Shown here in pieces: positions 1-8,923 of a stretch of DNA of 54,921 bases. The stretch is from positions 1-54,921 of IMG/VR virus record IMGVR_UViG_3300050003_000010; one strand, given 5' to 3'. The translations under genes and the position numbers were made by a program. The notes beneath the pieces are model-generated. The model worked only from the letters and a program-made list of their open reading frames with translations. It made no database searches and had not been told where the DNA came from. The stretch is from a virus. Its lineage: Duplodnaviria > Caudoviricetes. The number at the start of each line of letters is the position of its first letter. Positions within the stretch are counted from its first letter, which is position 1.

Positions 1-132
1 AGGGCCGGCAGCCCCAGGACCAGGCGACGGACGGGTGAGGGTGCTCGGGGTCTCGGGTGCGGCGGACGCGAAGTGGCGGCCGGGGCTGGGTCATGTCGCT
101 CCTGGTGGTGGTTACGGTCGGGGCGGCCGTCC
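1..132. repeat. Terminal direct repeat copy 1 (assembly circularity overlap)
   Basis: Matches 54790-54921 except position 127 (c vs g). Confidence 0.95.
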
Positions 133-163
133 CCGGGTTGAGCGGGGACGGCCTCCGCGTGGG

Positions 164-979
164 TCAGTGCTGGTCGTGGCGGTCCTGGAACCGCCAGTCA
201 GCGGCGGCCTGTTCGGCGTCGGCCGCCGAGTCCTCGTCGTCGCTGCTGGGCGCGGTGGCGCGCCGCTCGGGCGTGACCTCGGTGGGCCTGGCATGTGCCG
301 GGCAGTAGTCGCCGTCGGCGTCGCACTGCCAGTTCTCGTTGCGGACCAGCCAGTTGCGGGCGACGGAGAGGCGTTCGTCCTTGGTCATGAGGTCCGAGAC
401 GAGGTAGTCCCCGGTGCGGGTGAAGCCGCAGTCGTCGCAGTACACGCCGATCTGGCAGGGGTAGTGCTGGCCGGTGGGGGTGTCGTCGTCCATGTCGCTC
501 CTGTGCTGGTGGGTGTGGTCGCGGGGTTCGATGTGGGCGAGGCGGATCCCGCCGGCGTAGCCCTCGACGGAGACGACGGCGGCGCCGTGCCCGAGGGTCC
601 ATGCGGGCGTGCGGGTGTGGGTGGCGATGGGCTTGTCGTCGCGGCTGCCGGGCCAGGCGTGGACGGGGGTGCCGACGGGGTGCGTCGCGTTCCACTGGTC
701 GGCGGTGGTGCTGCGGGCGGCGAGGCGAGCGTTCGCCGCGCAGATGCGCCTCAATGCGTCGGCGTTCGCCCGCAGTTCGGGGTGGGCCGTCTCCTCGCGG
801 AGGCGTTCGGCCGACCAGCACGGGGTGCACAGGAGCGGCTGTCGGGTGCGCGTGCACCAGCGGCAGGTGGCGGCCCCGGCGTCGAGGTGGAAGTCGTGGA
901 GGGTGTCGTAGAGCCAGACGACGCGGGTCTGCGTGCAGTGGTCGCACCGGGCTTCGATTGGGCCGAGGTCGTCGGTCAT
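164..979 (-). CDS. Cys-rich hypothetical phage protein, probably a multi-module fusion
   Basis: MTDDLGPIEARCDHC...; CxxC motifs at both ends; RBS AGGAG upstream. Confidence 0.75.
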   Translation of the reverse strand: MTDDLGPIEARCDHCTQTRVVWLYDTLHDFHLDAGAATCRWCTRTRQPLLCTPCWSAERLREETAHPELRANADALRRICAANARLAARSTTADQWNATHPVGTPVHAWPGSRDDKPIATHTRTPAWTLGHGAAVVSVEGYAGGIRLAHIEPRDHTHQHRSDMDDDTPTGQHYPCQIGVYCDDCGFTRTGDYLVSDLMTKDERLSVARNWLVRNENWQCDADGDYCPAHARPTEVTPERRATAPSSDDEDSAADAEQAAADWRFQDRHDQH

Positions 980-1096
980 CGGTCGTGTCTCCTGTCGTCG
1001 TGGGCCTCGCATGGCCCGTGCGTGTGGCTGTGTGCCCGTCTGCGGGCTCAGCGGGCGTCGGGCGTCGCTCGGTGCGTGGCGGGGTCTGCTGTCGGC

Positions 1097-1279
1097 TCAG
1101 GGCTGCGGTTGCGGTCCGAGCCCGAGTTCGGTGGCGGCGATGTCGATGGCCGCGCGGATCGAGAGGCTGTCTCCGTCGGCGCCGGCCGCCGCCCGGAGTT
1201 CGTGGGCCCGCCGCTCCAACCGGTCGGCGATGGGCTGCTGTTCGGCGGTGAGCGTCCGCCGGGTGGTGCGCCTGGGCAT
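1097..1279 (-). CDS. Hypothetical protein
   Basis: MPRRTTRRTLTAEQQPIADRLERR; GAGG RBS upstream. Confidence 0.6.
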   Translation of the reverse strand: MPRRTTRRTLTAEQQPIADRLERRAHELRAAAGADGDSLSIRAAIDIAATELGLGPQPQP

Positions 1280-1346
1280 GGGTCGGGATCCTCGATCCGG
1301 GTCGGAGGGCGCCGTGAAGGGCCCTGGGTGGCCGCGTGCTGGGTTT

Positions 1347-2075
1347 TCAGCCCGAGCGTGGGTCGTTGGACGGGTCGGGTGCATCTGCGGGGCTCTCAGG
1401 GGCGCGTGAGGCGTCGAGCCGGTACGTCGACTCCACCCCCAGCACCCGCACCTCCCGCAAACCCGGCAGCGCACGCCACCGAGCCGCATCGGCGTGCGCG
1501 GCCTCCGGGGTCCGATACGGCGACCTGATCTGCTCCCACTCCTCGCCGAATCGCTCGGGCTCGTAGGCCTGGACGATCCACTCGACGCGCGGCGGGTACA
1601 GCGGCAGCGGCTCCGGCCCCGCCACCGTCGCCGTCGTGCAGTCGGGATCGGGCTCGGGGTCCTCCTCCGGCCACTCCGCCGCTTCCGCCCGCTCGTGCCG
1701 CTCCCGGGCCAGGGCGAGGTGCATCCGGTCGCGGTCGGTCCGCAGCCGCTCGTTCTCGGCCGCCAGCCGGTCCCGGTCCTCGTCGGCCGCGGCGAGCGCC
1801 TGGTCCTGTCCCTCGATCTGGCCGTCCAGGTCGGCGATGTGCCGGCGAGCGCGGTCGAGATCGCGGGTGGCCTCGATCAGCGCGGTGTCGTAGCGGGCGA
1901 TCGTGGCGGCCTGCTCGGCGAGTTCGCCCCGGACCACCGCGATGGCGGCGTCGGCGAACGCGAGCGTCTCGGCGTCGTCCGGCTCGAACCCGTGGTCGTA
2001 GCCCCAGTTGCGGCGGTCCTCGTCGGCCAGGGCGGCGGCGATGCGAGTGCGGCGGTCGGGCTCGGTGTCGGTCAC
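1347..2075 (-). CDS. Coiled-coil hypothetical protein
   Basis: GTG start overlapping upstream TGA; heptad-rich centre. Confidence 0.7.
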   Translation of the reverse strand: MTDTEPDRRTRIAAALADEDRRNWGYDHGFEPDDAETLAFADAAIAVVRGELAEQAATIARYDTALIEATRDLDRARRHIADLDGQIEGQDQALAAADEDRDRLAAENERLRTDRDRMHLALARERHERAEAAEWPEEDPEPDPDCTTATVAGPEPLPLYPPRVEWIVQAYEPERFGEEWEQIRSPYRTPEAAHADAARWRALPGLREVRVLGVESTYRLDASRAPESPADAPDPSNDPRSG

Positions 2076-2533
2076 TCCGACCTCCCCAGGTAGGTGCGGG
2101 CGACGTCGAGCGCCAGGACTGCGGCGGGTGTGCCGTAGAACCCGCGCTCGTCGACGACCCGCGCGAGTTGCTCGAGGAGACCGGCGGTCGCTTTGGCGAC
2201 GAGCGGGTCCATGCCGGCGATGTGCTCGGCGTTCGCGGCGTTCGACATGGGCTCGTCGACGACGTACTCGGGCGGGTCGAGGTCGTGCCCGGGGTCGTGG
2301 ACGAGGCGGTCGCCGCCGTCCATGGACAACCAGGGGCCGCGGGTGGCTGCGGCGGCCCGGGTGCGCATGAGGTCGGCTGCTCGGCGGATGGTGTCGGCGG
2401 GCTGCTCGGGCTCGGCCGCGGCAACCGGCTCGGGGTGGCCGGGGCAGATCCACGGGTACACGGCGACCGCGGGGTCTCGCGGGTCGCAGCGGGGGCAGTC
2501 CTCGGCGTTCTCGCCGGGCGGGATGGCGGTCAT
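2072..2533 (-). CDS. Hypothetical phage protein (Ead/Ea22-like motif AATRGPW...ANAEHIA)
   Basis: ATGA overlap with upstream gene; motif common in phage early genes. Confidence 0.65.
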   Translation of the reverse strand: MTAIPPGENAEDCPRCDPRDPAVAVYPWICPGHPEPVAAAEPEQPADTIRRAADLMRTRAAAATRGPWLSMDGGDRLVHDPGHDLDPPEYVVDEPMSNAANAEHIAGMDPLVAKATAGLLEQLARVVDERGFYGTPAAVLALDVARTYLGRSE

Positions 2534-2763
2534 CGCGCTCCTCCGGTGAGCTGCTCGGCCTGCCGGCGGACGCATGCCGGGCACAGGTGCCGGTTGGTGA
2601 CCGCCCAGCCGCGTTCCCGCAGCGGCTCGTCCCAGCCCTCCGCGGCGGCCAAGGACTGAAGCTGCAGCTCGTAGGTCTCGCCGCCGACCTCGAGGTGGAA
2701 GGTCTCGAAGCAGCGGGGGGCGTCGCAGGCGATGGCGTAGACGGTGCGCGGGCTCAGGCTCAC
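2530..2763 (-). CDS. Small zinc-ribbon protein
   Basis: CDAPRC...GW...HLCPAC; 4-nt overlaps on both sides. Confidence 0.65.
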   Translation of the reverse strand: MSLSPRTVYAIACDAPRCFETFHLEVGGETYELQLQSLAAAEGWDEPLRERGWAVTNRHLCPACVRRQAEQLTGGAR

Positions 2764-3104
2764 GACAGACTCCGTTGGGTGTTGGCCAGGCTCTGGGCGA
2801 GGCAGTGGCGGGCGCCGAGCACCTCGACGTCGGCTCCGGCGGTCGTCGCGATGAGGTACTCCAGCGCTTCGAGGGCCCGCGTGGCGTCGGCGTGCAGCAG
2901 GGCCAGGTCGGCGCGCACCTGGGCGGGGTCGGCCGCGGGCATGGTGGTGGTGTGCGCCCGCTCGTGGTGGTCCTGGGCGCGCCGCCGCACCTGGGTCTCG
3001 TCGTCGCCGACGGCGCTGGTCGGGCAGAGGTGGCAGGTCCGCCGCCAGGTGCGGCCGTCGTCGCCGGCGGTGACCGTGTAGGGCTCGGTGGTCGTGTCGG
3101 TCAC
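2760..3104 (-). CDS. Hypothetical protein (CHLC...HH..AH)
   Basis: GTGA overlaps, codon bias. Confidence 0.65.
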   Translation of the reverse strand: MTDTTTEPYTVTAGDDGRTWRRTCHLCPTSAVGDDETQVRRRAQDHHERAHTTTMPAADPAQVRADLALLHADATRALEALEYLIATTAGADVEVLGARHCLAQSLANTQRSLS

Positions 3105-3391
3105 GGCCGGGCCTCGCCTTCGAGCGGCAGCCACTGCTTGACGGTGACCTCGCGCAGCTCGACCTCGGTCGCAACGACCGGGTCGGTGACCCAGGTGTCG
3201 CATTCCTGTTGCTCGGTGGCGGGTTCCTGCCAGCTGACGTGGTAGTGGCGGCCGTCGGGGTGGCGGAAGACGCCCTCGTGGATGGTGCTCCAGCGGTCGG
3301 TGTCGACGACGGCCTGCTCGACCATGTGCTCGTAGGGCACGTCGAGGTCGTCAAGCTCCTGCTGCGTGAACGTCCTGGTGATCTTGGTCAT
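3101..3391 (-). CDS. Hypothetical protein
   Basis: ORF 96 aa with 4-nt overlaps. Confidence 0.75.
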   Translation of the reverse strand: MTKITRTFTQQELDDLDVPYEHMVEQAVVDTDRWSTIHEGVFRHPDGRHYHVSWQEPATEQQECDTWVTDPVVATEVELREVTVKQWLPLEGEARP

Positions 3392-3594
3392 CGGGTCTCC
3401 GTCGTGTGGTTGCCGGGCTGGTCCCGGCGGCGTGTGGTGGGTGCGGGTCGGTCGTCGTAGGCGATGCCGTAGAGCACGCCGGCGACGTGGGAGATCGCGT
3501 CGCGTTCGGAGGCGGTGAGGCGGTCGTGCCAGGCGTGGAAGTGCATGAGCATGCGGTCGGCGGTGACCTCGGCGGGGTGTCGGCGGTCGGTCAC
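3388..3594 (-). CDS. Hypothetical protein
   Basis: ORF 68 aa with 4-nt overlaps. Confidence 0.65.
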   Translation of the reverse strand: MTDRRHPAEVTADRMLMHFHAWHDRLTASERDAISHVAGVLYGIAYDDRPAPTTRRRDQPGNHTTETR

Positions 3595-3872
3595 GTGTGG
3601 CTCCCGGTGGTGGGCGTGGGGTGGTCGGGCCGTCCGGTCGCCGCGGTGACGTCGCCGTGGCGGAGGAGTCCGGTCTCGTAGCCGATGGCGACGGCGTGGG
3701 CCCTGTTGGCGGCGCCGAGGTGCTTGAGGAGCCGCTGCGCGTAGGTCTTGACGGTCTCCTCGACGAGGTGGAGTTCGCGGCCGATCTGGGCGTTCGTGTA
3801 GCCGCGGGCCATGCCGACGAGGGTTTGGATCTCGCGCCGGGACAGGGCGGGCCTGCGCTGGGTGGGGATCAC
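3591..3872 (-). CDS. Stand-alone LuxR/GerE-type HTH regulator
   Basis: LSRREIQTLVGMARGYTNAQIGRELHLVEETVKTY...NRAHAVAIG. Confidence 0.9.
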   Translation of the reverse strand: MIPTQRRPALSRREIQTLVGMARGYTNAQIGRELHLVEETVKTYAQRLLKHLGAANRAHAVAIGYETGLLRHGDVTAATGRPDHPTPTTGSHT

Positions 3873-4042
3873 TGGGGCTCCGTGGTGTCGGGGTCGGGCT
3901 CGGCGAGTGCCGGTCGGATTTCGTAGCCGGCTTCGGTGAGGTCCCGGACGATCAGCACGGCGAGGAACTCGGGTGCGACGGGCAGGACTGCGTCGATCTG
4001 GCAGCGGGCGAGGATGACGGCGAGCGCCGCGGGCGGGATCAC
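3869..4042 (-). CDS. Hypothetical protein
   Basis: VIPPAALAVILARC...; GTGA overlaps. Confidence 0.6.
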   Translation of the reverse strand: MIPPAALAVILARCQIDAVLPVAPEFLAVLIVRDLTEAGYEIRPALAEPDPDTTEPQ

Positions 4043-4350
4043 TGGGTCCTCCGTTCGCGCCGTTCGGCCTCGTCGACCACGGCCTGGTAGGCCCGGTGCA
4101 TCAGGGAGTTCGGGGAGCCGTTCCACTCCAGCGGCGGGACGAAGCCCGTCCACAGGCTGGGGACACGCAGGCCCATCGGCGGTTCACCGAGGCGGGCGAC
4201 GAGGTCGGGGTGCCTCATGACCAACTTGCGGACGCGTTCGCGTTCCTCGAGGGCGCTTTCGCGGACCATCCGGAACCAGTCCTTGAGTTCGCCCTGGCGG
4301 CGGATCTCGCGGATGTCGTCTTGGGTGACGTGGCCGATGCCCATGTTCAT
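4039..4350 (-). CDS. Hypothetical protein
   Basis: ORF 103 aa coupled to replication genes. Confidence 0.7.
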   Translation of the reverse strand: MNMGIGHVTQDDIREIRRQGELKDWFRMVRESALEERERVRKLVMRHPDLVARLGEPPMGLRVPSLWTGFVPPLEWNGSPNSLMHRAYQAVVDEAERRERRTQ

Positions 4351-4760
4351 GCGCGGGGCCTGGGCATCATCGCGGCGGAGGTGCCGATGATCTCGTTGAT
4401 GAGCCGCTGGTCGCCGCTCGGCGGGATGGCGAGGGACGGAGCGCGCAGGCCGTTGGCGACGAGTTCGCGTTGGGCGCGGTAGTTCTCCAGGTAGACCTTG
4501 GGGTTGTCGTCGCCGTCGACGGGTTCGTACTGGAAGCCTTCGAGGCGGGCGTTCCGGAGCTTCTTGACTTCGGCGACGATCTCGGCGGGCGCGACGAACG
4601 GCTGGCGGCCGGCGATGAGGGCGGCGGAGCGCTTGCAGTCGTCGAGGGTGTAGGGCGCGAGGACGTCGATCCAGGCGTCGGCGGTGTACTCGTCGAACTT
4701 CTGCTGGGGGCAGAGGGCCCGCACGTAGCGGGTGATCACGACGGCTTCGAGGTCGTTCAC
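4347..4760 (-). CDS. Putative helicase loader/inhibitor (SPP1 G39P-like N-terminus)
   Basis: ADAWIDVLAPY...PFVAPAEIV pattern; directly downstream of the replication initiator. Confidence 0.6.
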   Translation of the reverse strand: MNDLEAVVITRYVRALCPQQKFDEYTADAWIDVLAPYTLDDCKRSAALIAGRQPFVAPAEIVAEVKKLRNARLEGFQYEPVDGDDNPKVYLENYRAQRELVANGLRAPSLAIPPSGDQRLINEIIGTSAAMMPRPRA

Positions 4761-5743
4761 GAAGACTCCTTCGCTTGCATGCGGGCCTCGGCGCGCCGGG
4801 CGGCGCGGTCGAACATGTCGTCGGTCTCCTGCTGTTGCCGGCTGACGCGCGGTTCGTCGGGGACGGCGCGGAGCACGGGCAGGCCGGTGTCGGGCGAGAG
4901 CGCCGGCGTGGGGATGCGGTGCCAGCCGCCGTAGAAGAACCGCGACGAGAAGACCGAGTCGTTGTGCGTGCTGCGGGCGTACTTGACCATCAGCGGGATG
5001 CCGAGGCGCTTGATGTCGTTGTGCAGCCGGATGAGGTCGTCGCCAAGGAACGCCCAGGGGACGTTGATGCCGACGGCGGACATGGCTTCGAGGAGCGGCC
5101 GGATCCAGGCGGGGTGGCCCATCCCTTCCTCGTCGTCCCGGACCGCCGGAAGCCGCTCGGCGCCGGGGGGCTGGGGGGAAGGGTGGTTCCCGGGTGGTTC
5201 AGTGAGTGGTTCCTTGGTGGTTCGGGGGGCGTTCCGTCCGTGACGGCCGGACGCAGAGTCCGTGACGTCACGGACTTCAAGTGCGTGACGGCCGGACGCA
5301 GAGTCCGTGACACGGCTTGTCACGGACTCGGATGACGTGACGGTCACGCACTTTGCGTCCGTGACATCCTTCGCCCGGGACCGCCGCTTCCGCTCGGTCG
5401 CCGCCGCACGCTCGCGTTCGCGAGCCTCCTCCAGGTCGGTCCAATCCGACGCCGGCCGCCGCAGCTTCAGCGCGAGGCGGTAGACGACGCAGCCCTGCAC
5501 GGTGCCGCCCGCCTTGATCAGCGCGGCCTTCTCCAGCCGCCGCAGTGCCCGCCGGACCGTGGTCTCGTCGTAGCCGGTGCGGTACTGGATGCGCATGACC
5601 GAGGGACGGGCGTTGCTGCCGTCCGCCGAGGCGTGCTCGGCGAGCGCCTGGAGCACACCGCGCGCGGTGGTATCCGGCTTGCCCTTGTCGGTGAGCAACA
5701 TCGGAGCGTCGTCCATGGCCCACTTCACCGCCTCGTGACTCAC
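4757..5743 (-). CDS. Phage replication initiator with N-terminal HTH
   Basis: MSHEAVKWAM...VLQALAEHA...ARPSV..I...TGYDETTVRRALRRLE; internal iteron-like repeats. Confidence 0.8.
   Translation of the reverse strand: MSHEAVKWAMDDAPMLLTDKGKPDTTARGVLQALAEHASADGSNARPSVMRIQYRTGYDETTVRRALRRLEKAALIKAGGTVQGCVVYRLALKLRRPASDWTDLEEARERERAAATERKRRSRAKDVTDAKCVTVTSSESVTSRVTDSASGRHALEVRDVTDSASGRHGRNAPRTTKEPLTEPPGNHPSPQPPGAERLPAVRDDEEGMGHPAWIRPLLEAMSAVGINVPWAFLGDDLIRLHNDIKRLGIPLMVKYARSTHNDSVFSSRFFYGGWHRIPTPALSPDTGLPVLRAVPDEPRVSRQQQETDDMFDRAARRAEARMQAKESS
5238..5366. repeat. Putative replication origin (CGTGAC-based iterons and palindromes)
   Basis: 28-bp direct repeat at 5239-5266 and 5284-5311; perfect palindrome AGTCCGTGACGTCACGGACT at 5257-5276; 12-bp inverted repeat at 5301-5329. 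Confidence 0.75.
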
Positions 5744-5811
5744 AAGCTCTTCTCTCGGGGAGTGCTGACGTGCAGGAACGTGGCGAAGCCGAGTCGTTCA
5801 GGGTGGCTTTC

Positions 5812-6252
5812 TCAGAGCCAGGGGAACTCCGGTGCCGGCGGCGCGAGTCGGGGATCCACTCGCCGCGACGAGCGACGGTTGCCGACCGTGTTGAATGGCG
5901 GGCGCTCCGCCTGGATGGCGGCCATCTCGACGTCCGGTTCCCAGTGGTCGCGTGGGCCGTAGAACGAGAGCGCCACGTAGCGAATGTGTGGCCACCAGGG
6001 GGCCTTGGTCTGGTGCGCGTACCACCGCACGGCGAGGTGTCCCGACTCGCCTATGTAGAGCGGACGCCGGTCGGCGTCGTAGAAGCGGTAGAGGTTCGAC
6101 GGACCTTGCCGAAGCACTTCCGCCTGCGTGGTCAGGTCGGGCCAGTGGGCTGTCGGGTTGATCGTTCGAGCGGGGAGGTGCAGTCCTCCGGGCTTGCGAG
6201 CCATGTCGGATTGATCCCGTCCAGGAGAAGGAGGCTCGGGGGGCTTGGCCAC
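5812..6252 (-). CDS. GIY-YIG nuclease family protein
   Basis: LYRFYDADRRPLYIGES...RW..H...E..AI....P.FN. Confidence 0.85.
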   Translation of the reverse strand: MAKPPEPPSPGRDQSDMARKPGGLHLPARTINPTAHWPDLTTQAEVLRQGPSNLYRFYDADRRPLYIGESGHLAVRWYAHQTKAPWWPHIRYVALSFYGPRDHWEPDVEMAAIQAERPPFNTVGNRRSSRRVDPRLAPPAPEFPWL

Positions 6253-6334
6253 CTCGCGCCGACTCCTCTATGATCTCACCAATCTTTAAAGTATGGCAAC
6301 TATGGTGAGGATGGGCATGTCTTACACTCTGGCC

Positions 6335-6553
6335 ATGAGCGAGCAGCGGACCCCGGGCGAGATGGTCGAGATCGCCGACGACGGCGTACAGGAGGTCCCG
6401 CTCACCGCAGCCCGACCGCTGCTGACCCGACTGATCGAGCAGGTTCGGGAAGACGGCCTGGTCAGCGCCCTGACGGTCCGCAATCGGCGACGCGCCTACC
6501 TCGTGTCGCCCGACTGGTACGAGCGAGCGAAGGCCGCTCTCGGCGAGACCTGA
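6335..6553 (+). CDS. Phd/YefM-family antitoxin-like protein (orphan)
   Basis: VPLTAARPLLTRLIEQV...LTVRNRRRAYLVSPDWYE; start uncertain. Confidence 0.75.
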   Translation: MSEQRTPGEMVEIADDGVQEVPLTAARPLLTRLIEQVREDGLVSALTVRNRRRAYLVSPDWYERAKAALGET

Positions 6554-6575
6554 CATCTGCCCCACCTCCCTTCCT

Positions 6576-6599
6576 GGCCCGGCTTCGGTCGGGCTTTCG
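6576..6599 (+). terminator. Probable intrinsic terminator
   Basis: GCCCGGC-TTCG-GTCGGGC-TTTC hairpin after the antitoxin gene. Confidence 0.6.
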
Positions 6600-6658
6600 T
6601 CATGTCCGCGTGCTCCCGGGGCGGGGGTGTGGACGCCCCGCCCCGGGGGTGTGGTGGG

Positions 6659-7054
6659 TCAGGCGGTGCGGATGGCATCCGCGATCAGGTCGATGACCTC
6701 GCGGCGCGTCTCCTCCGCCATGTCGGGAGCGAACGCGAGGTGCACGCGGACGCGGTGCTCGCCGGCCTTGTCGTTGATGTGGACGACGTGGCGGGCCGGC
6801 TCCAGGCCATCGGCACCCATCTCGACCGCCCAGGTCGACAGGTCGGCGGCGCCTGCGCGGAGGTCGGTGATCCGTTCGCGGGCGATGTTGAAGTCGATGC
6901 CGTTGTGAGGGCCCCAGTTCGCCTCGGGGTCGCCGGTTGCGCTGTCGAGCATGTGTGAGCGGACGCCCATGTAGCTGGGGTGCTCGATGCTCCGCTGGTG
7001 CTGTCGGGCGGCCTCGGCGCGCAGGTCGGCCTCGGTGTACGGCTGGTCGGTCAT
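6659..7054 (-). CDS. Hypothetical protein
   Basis: ORF 131 aa with AAGGA RBS. Confidence 0.75.
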   Translation of the reverse strand: MTDQPYTEADLRAEAARQHQRSIEHPSYMGVRSHMLDSATGDPEANWGPHNGIDFNIARERITDLRAGAADLSTWAVEMGADGLEPARHVVHINDKAGEHRVRVHLAFAPDMAEETRREVIDLIADAIRTA

Positions 7055-7055
7055 G

Positions 7056-7244
7056 TCAGTCCTTCGTGGTGTCGGCGAGTCCGGCGGCGAGGTGCCTGCC
7101 GGCGGCCTGCCGGACGGCGGGGTCGATCTGCTCCCACGCGGCCCAGGGCAGGTCGAGGATCGAGCGGTACGCGGCGGCGAGTTCGTCCCGCAGGCGGAGG
7201 ACTTCGGCTCCGGCGTCGGTCAGGGTGGTGGTCTGGTCGGTCAT
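7056..7244 (-). CDS. Hypothetical protein
   Basis: ORF 62 aa. Confidence 0.6.
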   Translation of the reverse strand: MTDQTTTLTDAGAEVLRLRDELAAAYRSILDLPWAAWEQIDPAVRQAAGRHLAAGLADTTKD

Positions 7245-7315
7245 GTCGGTCTCGTCTCGCGGTAGTTGGTTGGGGTCGGGGCCCGGCGGGGTCGTGTCGC
7301 CGGCCGGGCCCCGAG

Positions 7316-7957
7316 TCAGGCGGCCAAGCCCTTGGCGCGTCGTGCGGCCTTGGTGTTGAGGTGATTGCAGATTCGGGAGACTGCCGAGGAGTCGATGCCG
7401 TACCAGGCGGCCAACTCGGTCTGTGGGACCCCGAGCGCGTACAGGTCGCGCACGTCCTCGCGCTCCGAGTCGGTCAGCCGGATTGCCACCGGGAGGGAGG
7501 CGGGATCGACGAGCCCTTTGTCGATCGCCCGCCGAACAGCCAGGTGTGCTCCGGTCTTGGTCGCGAACTCCAAGGCATCCGCGATTTCGCCGTAGGTGAG
7601 GCCGGTGGCCCGCAGCGCTGCGGCTGCTTCGTGGCGGCGATCCTTGCCAAGGCGCTGGTAAGTGCGCGCCACATGCTCGGCCTTGGTGACTGCGTCAAGG
7701 TGGTCGGGGTTCACGCAGATCGTGTTCTGGCACGTGTGGTCGATCTCGTGGCGCTCGGGAATAGGACCCTTGTGGCGCTCGTAGAACACGCGATGCACCC
7801 AGTCGGTGCGCCTGTTCTTCGGGCGTGTGCGGTCGTAGATCCGGCCGTAGCCGTTCCGGTCGACGTAGCCCTGCCACTCCCAGCAATCGGTATCGGGATC
7901 GATGCGGTAGCCGGGAGTCGTGGCCGTCTCCGACTCGTTGGCGGGGACGCGGCTCAT
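7316..7957 (-). CDS. HNH endonuclease with C-terminal HTH domains
   Basis: CWEWQG...GYG...VHRV...IDHTCQNTICVNPDHL; TYGEIADAL and PQTELAAWYGIDSSAVSRI helices. Confidence 0.9.
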   Translation of the reverse strand: MSRVPANESETATTPGYRIDPDTDCWEWQGYVDRNGYGRIYDRTRPKNRRTDWVHRVFYERHKGPIPERHEIDHTCQNTICVNPDHLDAVTKAEHVARTYQRLGKDRRHEAAAALRATGLTYGEIADALEFATKTGAHLAVRRAIDKGLVDPASLPVAIRLTDSEREDVRDLYALGVPQTELAAWYGIDSSAVSRICNHLNTKAARRAKGLAA

Positions 7958-8256
7958 CGGGTTGCCGCCCGCTTGATGCGGGCCTTGAGCTTCCGGCGCT
8001 CGGTCTCGTCGAGCCCGCCGGCGATCCCGTCCGTCAAGCCGGTCTCCAGTGCCCACGCGAGGCAGCGCTCCATCGCGAGGCAACGGCGACAGACTTCCTT
8101 GGCGCGCTCGGCCTGGTCCTGCGCGATCACGGTGATCCCGACGGGGTGGTGGAGCTCGGGGTCCTCGTCGGCACAGGCCGCGTCGTGCCGCCAGTCGCGG
8201 ACGTACTCGGTCGAGGTGGCGGACGTGTCGTAGTAGACGGCGGGGAGTCGGCTCAC
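7954..8256 (-). CDS. whiB: WhiB-family transcription factor (variant)
   Basis: WRHDAAC..EDPE...AKEVCRRC.....CLAWALE...GIAGGL..ERR; four Cys conserved. Confidence 0.9.
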   Translation of the reverse strand: MSRLPAVYYDTSATSTEYVRDWRHDAACADEDPELHHPVGITVIAQDQAERAKEVCRRCLAMERCLAWALETGLTDGIAGGLDETERRKLKARIKRAATR

Positions 8257-8486
8257 GCCGCGGCCCTCCGTCCCGCGCGCTCGTCGGCGATCAGGGCGAG
8301 TTCGTCGGCCTCGACGGACGCGTCGATGTAGGCGGCACTGTTGCGGGCGCCGCGCAGGCACAGGGCTCCCCAGCGCGCGGCGGCCAGGGCGTTGTGAACC
8401 TGTGCGGCGTTCATCCCGGCGGTGGCACGTCGGATCTCCCACCGGATCTGGGTGAGGGTCCGCAGGTCGGCGAGCGTGGCGGTCAC
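8253..8486 (-). CDS. Hypothetical protein
   Basis: ORF 77 aa, overlaps. Confidence 0.65.
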   Translation of the reverse strand: MTATLADLRTLTQIRWEIRRATAGMNAAQVHNALAAARWGALCLRGARNSAAYIDASVEADELALIADERAGRRAAA

Positions 8487-8923
8487 GAGGCCACCTCCGC
8501 CTTCTTGCGTGCGGCGATGTCCGCGAGGACCGATCGCATGGCGGTCAGGTACTCGTCGGCGTCGAGGCCGTCGACAACCGGGATGTCCGCGGCTTCGGCG
8601 GCGGCACGGGCGGTCTCGGCGAGAGCAAGGGCCTGGTCGCGCTGCTCGCGCAGTTCACGGGTGTCGCCGTCCGCTGCCGCGGCGAGTTGCTGCTCGAGGT
8701 CGACGGCGATTGCGCGGGCCTGGTCGCGCTCGGCGATGGCCTGCTCGTACAGCCCGGCCCACTTCGCGGCGTCGCAGCCGCGCTGCCGGCTCTCGGCGGC
8801 GAGGGCGTCGCGCTCCTTGGTGACCTCCTCCAGGTCCGCGAGGACGTCGTCGTTGAGCTTGGCCTCGCGGGTGTAGTCGCCAGCCAGGCGGTCCAGGGTG
8901 CGGGTGGTGATGAGGCGGATCAT
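8483..8923 (-). CDS. Coiled-coil hypothetical protein
   Basis: MIRLITTRTLDRL; GGAGG RBS. Confidence 0.7.
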   Translation of the reverse strand: MIRLITTRTLDRLAGDYTREAKLNDDVLADLEEVTKERDALAAESRQRGCDAAKWAGLYEQAIAERDQARAIAVDLEQQLAAAADGDTRELREQRDQALALAETARAAAEAADIPVVDGLDADEYLTAMRSVLADIAARKKAEVAS

